In this document: positions 1-10,374 of the stretch, in pieces
Numbering within the stretch: the first letter of the stretch is position 1
Layout of the letters: the number at the start of each line of letters is the position of its first letter
NCBI GenBank assembly: GCA_030295235.1
Contig: AP026124.1
Span: 1,736,001 to 1,800,000 of the forward strand
Direction of reading: 5' to 3'
Origin: Fistulifera solaris
Taxonomy: Eukaryota
Length of the DNA: 64,000 bases
Notes under the pieces: generated by a model
The model's input: only the letters and a program-made list of their open reading frames with translations
Database searches by the model: none
What the model was told of the DNA's origin: nothing
Made by a program: the position numbers and the translations under genes

Positions 1-114
1 AATCTAGCGGTCATGTACACACACGGAGATGACGGAGTCGATCCAGATCCCGAAAAAGCGGAGCAATACAAGAAAATGACGCAGGACAAGATCAATATGT
101 TTGGCGGGTTTTGA
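1..114 (+). CDS. 3' end of a Sel1-like repeat protein (COA7-like), partial
   Basis: Frame 1 reads NLAVMYTHGDDGVDPDPEKAEQYKKMTQDKINMFGGF*, matching the Sel1-repeat pattern NL..MY..G.GV..D..KA. The gene starts upstream of the window. Confidence 0.55.
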   Translation, partial: NLAVMYTHGDDGVDPDPEKAEQYKKMTQDKINMFGGF

Positions 115-494
115 AAACATTTTGAAGAAAGAATCATCTTTGAGCGTAAGACCAATCGTGTCGACCGCAAACTTGTAGAAAACAGTTTGACGTGATAAAG
201 TAGAGCACAAGTAATCATGTTCGTTGACCTAGTTCGTATTTCATCTGTGTTACTTGTAGTTTAGAACATCGTATTGTTGTTTTGAATGCCTTACCAGGGT
301 ATAGAAAAAAGCTCATAACCTCATGTTCGTAGCCAAGTATTGGACAGAAGGTCAGATGCTGAAGAAAAAAGCTGCATTGCAAATCCCAACTTCTTAAAAA
401 GAAAAAACGAAACTGAGCAACAACAACAACATCATCTATTTTGAACGAAAATCACAAACGCCTTTCCCAACATACTACAAGTCTATTGTAAATA

Positions 495-1482
495 ATGGTA
501 GTTTTTACGTGCGATGGTTGCGGGGACATTCTGAAGAAAAATCAGGTGGACAATCACGCCAACCGATGTCGTCGATGCGATTCCGTCAGTTGTGTCGATT
601 GTGCTGTTTCATTCTACGGAGGTAGGTTTTAATTGTCTGTAACGGAATGATGCGTTTCTTTTTTCCAAGTGATGGAGATTCTGTTCGAGCTCGAATGGCA
701 TCTCTGCCGTGGGAGTTTCAAAATGTTTTAATTAAACTCTGATGGACAATCAAGCGGGTAGTGTTGGATTGATTGTCCGAAGAAACGTTTCTTCTCAGTT
801 CATCAATTTCTTCTTTGATTAGACGACTATCGAAAGCATACATCATGCTTAACAGAAGTCGAGCGGTACGAGAAAAGGACTCCTTCGTCCAAGCCAGCGA
901 AAACCAATCCTCAGGATCAGTGGATGGAACTGATACGCGATTCGATCGCGACAGCACCGGGGCATTTGAAGCATTACTTGGAAACCATGGCGGCCTTGGA
1001 TAATGTTCCTCGCAAAGAAAAGCAATTTCGTAATTTTACCACAAACTCACTGAATTTGAGTAAAAATAAGGCAGCAGAGAATATTGTGTCGGGTATATGG
1101 AGCCATTTAAAAGGATTAAGAGAGAAACAATTATCCGAACGAGCTGGAAGCACAGGCTAAACTAAAGAAGGAAGAAGATTTAGTCGACACAAAAAACGTG
1201 AAAGACGACCCGATAGAAGAGAAAGAGACCTCGGACGATGGCAAAAACAACAAGGGGAAACTGGATGCGAAAACGGTCAAGAAAGCAATGAAAAAAGTGT
1301 TGAAGAAATCAAAAGATAGATCTTTGACCGAGAAACTTCTTCGAAAAGCCGTCCAAGAGTATCTTGGGCTGTCGAAAGATTCGAAATCAGATATCAAAGC
1401 ACTCGTGAAGACCACTGTGGCTAGCTCGAAGGATGCTGTTTACGAGATGAACGGGAAAACCATCTCGCTAAAATTAGATTGA
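495..1482 (+). CDS. LYAR: LYAR-type zinc-finger nucleolar protein (cell growth-regulating nucleolar protein)
   Basis: Exon 1 (495-621) reads MVVFTCDGCGDILKKNQVDNHANRCRRCDSVSCVDCAVSFYG. GT-AG intron 622-822. Exon 2 reads DDYRKHTSCLTEVERYE...NVPRKEKQFRNF and ends in a Lys-rich C-terminus. One frameshift near 1120-1145. Confidence 0.85.
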
Positions 1483-2361
1483 GTGGAGATAGATAGCTGA
1501 ATATCATATAAATCATTGTAGTACCAGCCGAATGGTACAAAGACATGGAAGAAATTCCACTGATAAATACGACGATGACGATGAGCAAGCATTGCGGTGC
1601 GCGATGCGATGTGTCAAGCATGAATTTAAATTTAGCAAGCCCTTTAAGATTCCGATGATTCATGAGTCAACGATGAGTACTTGTACCGGTACTGTACCGG
1701 TATCTGGTACAAAGTATGTACCGTAAGATTATCTAGGTTGCCCCTACATCAATAAATTTCCTACGGCGGCCACATGAAAACGGCGTAGACGTTCCAACTT
1801 TCCAATATATTTCATCATGCTTTGTGCTCGAAAAACGTCGCTCATTGTTAATCACTAAACAAGTAAATTCCTGGGTACATTGATCAAAGTAATAGTGATA
1901 TTGGTGTTCTGCAGACCGGATTTTTGCTGTAGTCGAATTATACAACATCCGGGGTGCCCTCGGCGGCCAGGAAAAAACTGCGTAAGGTTTCCAAGCGCTG
2001 CAACTTTCAATTAGATGATTCTTTGAGCTCTCTAGAAAGTTAGCCAGAGGCTTGTTTAGGTAGCAAAACATAATGAAGGTCTTGGCTAATCTTTGTAAAT
2101 GATAAGCAAAGTGTTAAACGTGTGTCAACGTCTTCCGGGACTGAATCCTAATTTTAAATCACCATCAAGTCAAGGCTACACTTGTCAAGATAGTGACAAC
2201 AACTGTGTGCTCATGACCTAATTATTCATTTCGTGGTTGTGCCGCCAAAAGTGCCGCTGCCCATAAAATCTGTTTTTGACTGAATGTAGACGACTCTTCA
2301 AAAGCCAAATTGCCTCTCATTCTTCCATATAGACAACAAATAAGCACATCAAAATGACAAG

Positions 2362-3900
2362 ATGACTTCACGGGAGGATCAGACTATTTTGTTGGAAAAT
2401 AGCCGCTCCGTCGCATTCCGAGACTTACCCCCTATCCCCAAAGGCGCGGACGACGGTACTTTTGGTACCATTCTCTTGATGTATCAATATGTCGAACCAT
2501 CTTGGAGTAAAAAGGAACACAAAAAAGCTTTGAAGAAGATTATTGAACTGGGACAGAAGCTGAGTATCACGGGACGGGGTCGTGTAGCCCCGGAAGGAGT
2601 TAATTTTACATTGAGTGGAATGCCGAAGGATGTACGAACGTTTTGCACAGCTCTGAGAGAATGGAATCCCTTATTTAATGAGACGGATTTCAAGTTAACT
2701 GACTGGTTACCCAAAGACAAGCTTTTTAAGAGTCTATCGATACGCAAGACGGAAGAACTTGTTGCATACGGCCTAGCTGGAGACGACAAGGCCCCTTCGC
2801 TCAAAAAGTTTGCCGGCACCCATCTCGAAGCAGACGAATATCACAAGGCCATGACCGACAAAGATACAGTCATCGTAGATGTTCGGAACGCTTACGAATC
2901 AGCGATAGGGAGTTTTCGGCCACCCGAGGGCGGAGCGGAACTGATTGACCCCAAAATGAGAAACTCGATCGAATTTCCCAAGTGGCTGAATGATCCAGCG
3001 ACTCAAGAGAAACTCAATGGCAAGAAAGTTTTGATGTACTGCACCGGTGGGATTCGGTGTGAACGCGCTACCGCTTTACTGAATCAAATGTCAGCGGTCA
3101 ATCCCAATCTCAAACCGAAAGGAGTATACCACATGCGTGGAGGGATAGATCGATACGTTAAAACGTTTCCCGATGGTGGATTTTGGAAAGGCAAAAACTA
3201 TTTGTTTGACAGAAGAATGGAACAGATTCCTGTGACAAAGAATCCGACGGAAGTGGAAGAGGAAGTTGATTCGAAGTGTTGTCTATGTCGCCAGAAATGG
3301 GCGTCCTATCGTGGCAAATTCAAGTGCTCGCAGTCTTTGTGTGGGGTTCCCGTCATAGTGTGCACCAGTTGTGATGATCGAGCGTTGCGAGAACCGGAGC
3401 GTCTGACTTGCGAATTATGTAAGGAAGGCTACAGAGTTCCAGACGTTGAACCGGATCTGGTTTCGTTGAAACGAAAAGCGGAATGTCTTATGGAAGGTTT
3501 AACCTATGATGAAGCTGAAACCGACAGGAACACCAGTACTATAAAGTGGAAAACGAAAGAAGCAAAAGAAGCGCTTAGAAAATGTCATTCGGACCGCTTG
3601 TTTCTTTCTAGGTTACCATTGACCGCCACCAAGGCGAAAATAGAAGAATCACTCGGAGTCATCGCAAAAGTGAAACTCGTGCACTGGCTCACAGATCGCA
3701 ACTCGGGCGCTTTTTATGGATCCTGTCTGATACAGCTTGAGTCAACAGATGACCAAGCCGAAGTTCTGAAAAAGGCTGCCGAAACTGGAATAACTATCGA
3801 CAAGAAGAAGGTCAAGATTTCTCCCGTGTGGGTGCGAAAAGAAGATCAGTGGCCTCCGATGGACTACGTAAATCGTCAATATCCACCTGTTGGACTTTGA
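2362..3900 (+). CDS. TrhO/TSTD2-family rhodanese-domain protein with C-terminal RRM domain
   Basis: Motifs GRGRVAPEGVNFTLSG, DVRNAYESAIGSF, LMYCTGGIRCERA, GGIDRY and KGKNYLFDRR, then a Cys-rich segment. C-terminal RRM-like LFLSRLP...GAFYGSCLIQL. Confidence 0.85.
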   Translation: MTSREDQTILLENSRSVAFRDLPPIPKGADDGTFGTILLMYQYVEPSWSKKEHKKALKKIIELGQKLSITGRGRVAPEGVNFTLSGMPKDVRTFCTALREWNPLFNETDFKLTDWLPKDKLFKSLSIRKTEELVAYGLAGDDKAPSLKKFAGTHLEADEYHKAMTDKDTVIVDVRNAYESAIGSFRPPEGGAELIDPKMRNSIEFPKWLNDPATQEKLNGKKVLMYCTGGIRCERATALLNQMSAVNPNLKPKGVYHMRGGIDRYVKTFPDGGFWKGKNYLFDRRMEQIPVTKNPTEVEEEVDSKCCLCRQKWASYRGKFKCSQSLCGVPVIVCTSCDDRALREPERLTCELCKEGYRVPDVEPDLVSLKRKAECLMEGLTYDEAETDRNTSTIKWKTKEAKEALRKCHSDRLFLSRLPLTATKAKIEESLGVIAKVKLVHWLTDRNSGAFYGSCLIQLESTDDQAEVLKKAAETGITIDKKKVKISPVWVRKEDQWPPMDYVNRQYPPVGL

Positions 3901-4403
3901 CAAGTCTTGTGGTGAGTATTGTCTTGTCATTTGAAACTTATTGTATCAATTAGAATGATGATACTTGAGCTTCAGCTCACACTCCATTTAAGCCGGAGGT
4001 GGCTGTGATTAACGAGGCGCTTGTGGGGATGGTCGGAGTCAAATACTGTCCACACTTGTCATACTATTGCCTTTGAAGACTAGCTCAACATCTGACTCAT
4101 CCATTATCATCCCGCAATGTTTTTTTCTTCTATCGATATCTCATCTTGCTATTTTGAATGATTCACAGGTAGCATTGTTAAAGCGAAGCTCTGCATTCAA
4201 CTCCTCTTGTTGAGAAGTATCAATTACGCCAAGACACACGACTGTACAGCAATTTTTAGTTTTATTAAGCACTGCCACTATCATTTTAAGAAGATTGTGT
4301 GTAATAATAAAGGCTTTTTCAAAAGTCCATCAGGCGCTTCGTTTCAAAAAGGCAAAGCTCTACCCACCTTGTTTGTTCTCAAGCAACATGACAAAGAGTT
4401 TCG

Positions 4404-4988
4404 CTAGTCATCTTCGTCGGAGCTATACCCTTTTAATAAACATCCAAGTCCAACATTCTCGTCTTTTGAAGCTTCTTCGACCTGCTTCGAGCTCTTGTGT
4501 GTCTGCCCACTTTCAGGTGTGTCTTGCTTTCGCTTCTTAACCATAATCTTTGGTTTTAAATTACTAGATCGAACTTCTCTTTTCTTCGCAATCAACGTCG
4601 CTCGTTTCGGAGGGAATTGATTTGACGGTTCTAAATCATCGGGCATAGAACTACTCGCACGATCCGCTTGGGCCGCTTTGAAAGCCGCAATTTCTTCGTT
4701 AGCCTCTCGCTGCCGCTCTGTTTCTTCCTGAAGCTTTTGCTTGCGGAGAGCCTCCAAATGGGCACAATCATCCGCGTCCAAAGCCAGCGTCCCTCTCATC
4801 ATCGCTATTTGTTGCTCGGCTCGTTCGGCTTCCTCTTGTTCCTTATTGGCGCGCAGCTGCTCGAAGAGTGGCTTGTGCGATTCTTTGTACGAGGACGAAC
4901 CCACATCAGAACCCTCGACCGGTGTTTCATCGTAAGTTCCGTCATCTCGAGACGTCTGAATAGTTTTAGATACAAAAGAGAGGCTCAT
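4404..4988 (-). CDS. FAM192A/PSME3IP1 (NIP30/Fyv6)-like protein
   Basis: N-terminal FVS motif, KPLFEQLRANKEQEE and LDADDCAHL, a basic tail, and C-terminal LLKGYSSDEDD. Confidence 0.7.
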   Translation of the reverse strand: MSLSFVSKTIQTSRDDGTYDETPVEGSDVGSSSYKESHKPLFEQLRANKEQEEAERAEQQIAMMRGTLALDADDCAHLEALRKQKLQEETERQREANEEIAAFKAAQADRASSSMPDDLEPSNQFPPKRATLIAKKREVRSSNLKPKIMVKKRKQDTPESGQTHKSSKQVEEASKDENVGLGCLLKGYSSDEDD

Positions 4989-5570
4989 CCTTTATTAATG
5001 AGTTGCACAAGTTAGTTATGCACTTCGCAATCAAAATTGCTTTACTGGTACTATGTACTCTCTCACGCATCACGCATCACGCATCTCGTCGTCCATGTCC
5101 TATTCGCGGCATCGTGACTGAAATCCAGTCGTGGAGGACTACAGCCTACATCAACTCTATATAGTAAACCAAAAAATGAATAGCACCCAAACAGCCGATT
5201 TTCGACATCCGCGCAGTCAAAGAACAAAAAGTGTGTTTTGAAATAACGCAAATAGTCACCATCGATTTGAAACTTGCAACGGTAGCTTTCCCTGTTAGAG
5301 AGATTTCTACATTCGAGTGCGAAAGCCGATATATTACCCCTTCCGGCTGAAGTGGTTGATGATGGATCTTCAGTTGCCCAGATGAAGAGCCAGTAACATT
5401 TATTTTTTTATTCTAGTTGCTTGAAAAGGGATGGCGGCGAGAGACATGAAGATCATACCTCGTGACTAAATTCTAATCATGGGGAATCGTATAACATTTT
5501 AAAAGCAATTTACGACACTCTCACGACGCAACGATTATAGAACCCAAAATTTTATTCATACATTAGTGTA

Positions 5571-6263
5571 TTATCCTCTAAACACTTGGCACAGATAAAG
5601 ACTGCCGTCGGCGCCTCTGGAAGTCGCCATGCCCATGTGCGTAAATCGTCTGTCCAGTATGTTGTTACGATTCGCTGTATTCTGTAGCATTTTGGCGTGA
5701 ATGCTATGAATATCAGTACCTTTCGCTACGTTTTCTCCTAGTCTCCGACAGGGTCGGTGAAATTGATCTTGAATAGTGGACGGCGACGAATGAAAGACAT
5801 CTTCTTCGGCCGCCATTTTTTCAGCGTGTTGGCGGGCAATCTCATCGAGCTCGGTCAACCGGTGCAAGGGAGCAATAAGCTTCACACTGCGAGCCTTATT
5901 TACCATGATGTGGTTCGACGCAAAATACGATGTGCTCGGGAGATGCCTTGACTGAGCTAGGATTCGACCAAGTTCTTCGGCAGCATCAGCAATACTTCGC
6001 GGATTTTCCGGGTCTGAAACTAGCAGAGGAACATTATTATTGTGGTCATGGGAGTCTGAAGGCCTCCAGTTTGACGGTGATTCGATTTCAAATGAACTTT
6101 GCGATGATAATGATTCGTAGCCTGTCGTTGCAACTGACTTTGTGCTGACAAAGACCCCGCCCAAGATGTCTTCTTGCTTCACAAGCAGGGCTTTATTCTG
6201 TTGTTGAGCACGTTTACGATTTCTTCGATTTAATCTATGTCGAAGAGAAGGAAAAATGACCAT
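5571..6263 (-). CDS. CAP/SCP-domain protein
   Basis: VNKAR...PLHRLTELDEIARQHAEKMA...GENVAKG...NILDRRFTHMGMA...LYLCQVF is the CAP superfamily signature. Start chosen at MVIFPSLRH; an upstream ATG at 6464 is in frame. Confidence 0.8.
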   Translation of the reverse strand: MVIFPSLRHRLNRRNRKRAQQQNKALLVKQEDILGGVFVSTKSVATTGYESLSSQSSFEIESPSNWRPSDSHDHNNNVPLLVSDPENPRSIADAAEELGRILAQSRHLPSTSYFASNHIMVNKARSVKLIAPLHRLTELDEIARQHAEKMAAEEDVFHSSPSTIQDQFHRPCRRLGENVAKGTDIHSIHAKMLQNTANRNNILDRRFTHMGMATSRGADGSLYLCQVFRG

Positions 6264-6692
6264 TGATATCGTTCTATTTGTTGTTCGGAGTGAATTTGGA
6301 TTTTTGTGACCATGAAAGCGACGATCGCCAATTTGCCTGTTGTTCGAGGAGGTTCCGAGTGGACGAACTTCCGAGAAAAATGGACATGCACGAATCAGGG
6401 GTGAATCAATGAAATAGTACAAAGATCGTTGCTGGTGCGACAAGACGTGTTCAACGCTCGCCATTTTTCTTCTTATGGAAAACGTGCTCAGACGTTGATT
6501 GTTGACTCTTCGAAATTGGACATGACAAACTGCAGATCCGATGGTAACTTGGGGTGAGCCATCAAACGACGAAAGTAGTCTGTCTATCCCTAGCCAACGA
6601 TACGAAAGACGGCTCAGCAGTAGCTTTTGATAGTGACGATCGCTTCATCTATGCGAGTTCCTCATTTCACAAGATATAGTCTTGCTTTCCTT

Positions 6693-7130
6693 ATGTCGAC
6701 TTACTCAGAAATTGATTTGTTTTGGGACGAGGCTGCTCGGACTGTTGCGGCAGGAGATTTTAGCGCATACTCAGCCCTATATCATCCCGATGCCGTAGTA
6801 GTAGATACTGTCACCGTACCAAATGGAACTAAATCGATCGCCGAAGCTTTACGTCAGTGGAAAGCTAGCTTTGATGAGACCGCCTCAAATATTCGCAAAA
6901 CCTCAATCGCATTCCGATTTTCAAGACGACTGCACAACTTAGAAACAGCACATGAGTCAGGAATTTTCCGATATATTTTCAGTGGCAACACGGAACCTGA
7001 AAAGACAATATATGTGAAGTTTGAGTCTCTTATGGTAAAAAAGGATACAAAATGGATGTGGTTGATGGAATACCAGCGAGAAATGGCAAGCAAAGACGAA
7101 TGGGAATCTCTTCCGAGTTTTCGAAACTAG
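6693..7130 (+). CDS. NTF2/SnoaL-like fold protein (DUF4440-like)
   Basis: Intronless. Motifs GDFSAYSALYHPDAVVV, FRFSRRLHNLETAHESGIFRY and FESLMVKKDTKWMWLMEYQ are typical of bacterial NTF2-family proteins. Confidence 0.75.
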   Translation: MSTYSEIDLFWDEAARTVAAGDFSAYSALYHPDAVVVDTVTVPNGTKSIAEALRQWKASFDETASNIRKTSIAFRFSRRLHNLETAHESGIFRYIFSGNTEPEKTIYVKFESLMVKKDTKWMWLMEYQREMASKDEWESLPSFRN

Positions 7131-7326
7131 CTTGCTTTTAGAGGTCGAACCCCCAGTGTTACATGAGCCATAGCCATCTAGGCTTAGTGGTAAAGAGGAA
7201 TCTCTTCGTTTATCAAATTATATACAATCAAATTACACCGGTAAATAGAAGAATCATGTTCAATGAAAAAATACATATTTCGTTTCAAGGTGTTACAATC
7301 TAATCAAAACTCATTCATGCAGCATC

Positions 7327-8301
7327 TTAGAGCTCAATGGTCCTTTCTTCCTCGGCACCAGATGTGGAGAAGGCATGTTGCCATGCAAACACCGGGTTCA
7401 TCATAAATGATTGCACACCAAGTTGCTGACCTGCTGAGGTTGTTGCAGCTTGTTGCATAGCCATTGCCGTCATTGCGTCGGTGTAGGCTTGTTGGGCGTT
7501 CGCTCCGACAGGAGTCACCGCAAGCTGGCTCATATTCAAACCAGGTATAGCATGACTAATTCCTTGCATGGCAGCTTCCATCGCCGCAGTTGCCGCTTGT
7601 TGAAAACTTGCCATTGCTTGCATCGTCGCGCCAGTTTGCACATCTGGTAAAGCTGAATCTACATTTCCAGTTTTCGAACCGGTCCCTTTCATGGTCTGGG
7701 CGACTTCTCTAGCAGCTGCTGCAGAGAATCCTTGGCTTTCGTAGAGAGCTTGAGTAGCAACAGCTTCTGCCTCGGCTTGTTCCATCAAGTCTTTCATGCC
7801 GTTACTAGCTATCGGGCCATGCACGTGTGCGCTGGGTTTCTTTTCTCCATCTGAAGAAATCATTGATTGGGCTTGAATGAGCAGATGCATCAGTTCGTCA
7901 TTGTGTTGCTTGAGAGCACCATTCGCGCGAGAGAAAAAGATAACCTTTTGGACGTCGCGCGTGAGAAGTTGGGGAACAGAAGGGTGGCTTTCTTAATATA
8001 AAAACAAGATGGCACTTACGCTGCGCTGAAGTTCCTCAATCATTATCTTCTTTCGACGCCTGGATTCCTTTGCAGCCTTCCGGTTCTGTTCTAAACGAAG
8101 CTTTCGTGTGATCATAGCTTTCTCTTTCTCAATTTCTTTGGTAAGTCCATCACTGCTTGCAAGCTGTTCAGATTGAGGTGCGCCGCTTTTCATTACCTTT
8201 GTTGGCGGTTCTTCATCTACAGCATCTTCTAGTTCGCGTTTGATCAAAAGGTTCGCTCCTCCGGCGGTGTCCGCACATGTGGAAACTGTTTCAACGGTCA
8301 T
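7327..8301 (-). CDS. bZIP transcription factor (copy 1)
   Basis: Basic region RKLRLEQNRKAAKESRRRKK. GT-AG intron 7945-8019 joins IEELQRS to VIFFSRANGALKQHNDEL (zipper). Q/A/M-rich C-terminus. Confidence 0.9.
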
Positions 8302-8371
8302 GGTCGCTATAATATCAAAAAGTGAGGCTAAGCAATGATAGCTTCTTTGCACATCAAAAGAAAACTATGCG

Positions 8372-8800
8372 TGACGGCTTCGTGACGTTGATCGTGATGT
8401 AACCCTTTCCTGCTCTCGAAAGATCTCGGTGCATTTCTACGTCAGACTTGTACCAGTACTGGCGAAGACGCAACCGTTACTCCGCTCTTGATTTCTCGGG
8501 AAAGAACCGCGTGCTTTGTCGCGTCACGTGTCACGTTGTTTCATCAAATTTCCACAGTCTCCACTGCGATCCTTTGTTTAGTACTTGTTCTACAAAGCTA
8601 CGTCTGTCGAGCTGCCGTGTTGATTGCTACTGTTAGTCTTCTTTTGAGCAAGTATGTGAAATTGAGGAAACTACTCTACACCATACGGGAGAGTGAGAAA
8701 CCAACATACTTCATGCTCCGTAATTATTTACAATTCGGATTGAGAACACATGGCGAGAACCTCCGATGACGTCTCAATGACGTAACCTAATAGACGTCTC
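8372..8800. promoter_or_regulatory. Cluster of TGACGT/ACGTCA/TGACGC (CRE/CCRE-like) sites upstream of bZIP copy 1
   Basis: TGACGT at 8383, 8767 and 8778; ACGTCA at 8439; GCGTCA at 8521. Confidence 0.55.
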
Positions 8801-9010
8801 GGTCTCAAATTACGTATTTTTACTCCTAAGGACTTGGTTAGAGCGCGTTGATGGTTTAGTTTTCTTGTTCGGATTACTGACTAGCAAATGATCAAGCCTA
8901 GTTCTTTTCTATAGAAGAAATCGGTCTACTAATTATAGACACCATTTAAGCTCTACAAGCATCAGCCTCATTGAAAATTTCACTTTACATTGAAAGGATG
9001 GGCTCTATTA

Positions 9011-9724
9011 TTACACACTTTCATCAATATCCGTGGTTTGCTTCGGATCTTCAAACTTTCCACTGCGATCGTGACCTTGTTCGCTTGTGTCCGTGATTTT
9101 AATTGGGCACGGTTCCCTCGAGGCCGCCAATGTGACACTAATTCCTTCATCTGTTACTCTGCCAATGTGGTGAGCATTGATACTGGCAAGGCCCTTCATA
9201 GCTGACTGCATCGCAGCAGAAGCAGCCTCCTGAAAGCTTGCCATGGCCTTCATTGTTGCTCCAATTCTCATAGACGGTGATTTACCAGGCGACTCAGGCA
9301 CCTGGTGTGAGCTATGGCCTTTATCTCTTCCGTTTTCCGATGCCTCTAGTCTGGCGAACTCGTGAGCAGTTACGATTCTCTGAGCCTCGCTTATACGAGT
9401 GAGCAAATCGCTGTTTTGTTGTCTGAGTAGTGCATTGGCTCGGGTGAAGAAGATGACACTGCGCTGCAGTTCGTCAACCATCAACTTTTTCCGACGTCGA
9501 GATTCACGCGCTGCTTTCCTGTTTTGTTCAAGTCGATTCTTACGAGACAATTCTTTCCGTTCTAATTCGTGATCACCAAATCCATTTGCAGCTAATATCG
9601 CATTATGGTAAAGCGAGATTGATGGCGACCGGTTTTTGGGGGGCATTTGAAAAACCATTTCGAATGAACTAGTTTCGGCTTTGTTCGCGATCGAAGAAGA
9701 TCCATCACACGCTTCTGTGCTCAT
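9011..9724 (-). CDS. bZIP transcription factor (copy 2, tandem paralog, intronless)
   Basis: RKNRLEQNRKAARESRRRKKLMVDELQRSVIFFTRANALLRQQNSDL. Shares GATMxAMASFQxAAxAAM with copy 1. Confidence 0.9.
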   Translation of the reverse strand: MSTEACDGSSSIANKAETSSFEMVFQMPPKNRSPSISLYHNAILAANGFGDHELERKELSRKNRLEQNRKAARESRRRKKLMVDELQRSVIFFTRANALLRQQNSDLLTRISEAQRIVTAHEFARLEASENGRDKGHSSHQVPESPGKSPSMRIGATMKAMASFQEAASAAMQSAMKGLASINAHHIGRVTDEGISVTLAASREPCPIKITDTSEQGHDRSGKFEDPKQTTDIDESV

Positions 9725-9885
9725 TGTGTAGTGAGGAGTTATTTTTGATTGCTTGTACCATGGGAATCCATCCTCAAACCTCAGAATTGTTTACATGTCA
9801 TGCCGATGCATTCCATCGTGGTTTGAAGTATTTGTGAACGCGATCAAAATCTTTGGAAGGGAGCTGCGATCTATGATGTAGTCTT

Positions 9886-10005
9886 ACGTCACAGCTTGGT
9901 GGTTTGACCAAGGCGCGAACGCTTCGGTTTCAGAACTATCTTTTACAATGTAGCCCGTGACGTTGCTCCTCTGGTGCCACGTCATAGTGATGACGTAACT
10001 ACGTC
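9886..10005. promoter_or_regulatory. Cluster of TGACGT/ACGTCA sites upstream of bZIP copy 2
   Basis: ACGTCA at 9886 and 9979; TGACGT at 9958 and 9991. Four sites in about 110 bp. Confidence 0.6.
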
Positions 10006-10374
10006 TTGTCCCACTCTCTTTTCTAAGTTTCACTCGGGATTAGTCAAGTCCCTAGTATGCATTCGTCGTCATGAGGAGGGAGGAGTCGGTCATTTCGCCG
10101 CCATTCGACTTTTGTGAAAACATCACAACTACTGGTACCCCCGAAGTCTGTAAGATGAGCAACGGAGACGGATATTAATTCCTCGATTCCGCGTCGGATC
10201 TCGTTTCTGCCGCCCTTTCCCCTCACTTAAGGAGACCTAGGGCTAACAACAGTTGTCATTGTAAGTATATAGGTAATCCTCAGAAGGGACCGTTTTTATT
10301 GACCAAGGAAACTCTAGAGCATCAAGAAACAGGGAAATCGGACAAAGGAAAAATTCCCTTCGTAGTGTGACATC

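Noticed and set aside
1676..1726. GTAC-rich stretch as a functional element (also near 45240, 52450 and 58260)
   Set aside because: Low-complexity GTAC/GGTAC iterations recur in several intergenic regions with no consistent structure.
3955..4100. Box C/D snoRNA (ATGATGA ... CTGA)
   Set aside because: No terminal stem or recognisable rRNA guide, so the boxes could be chance matches.
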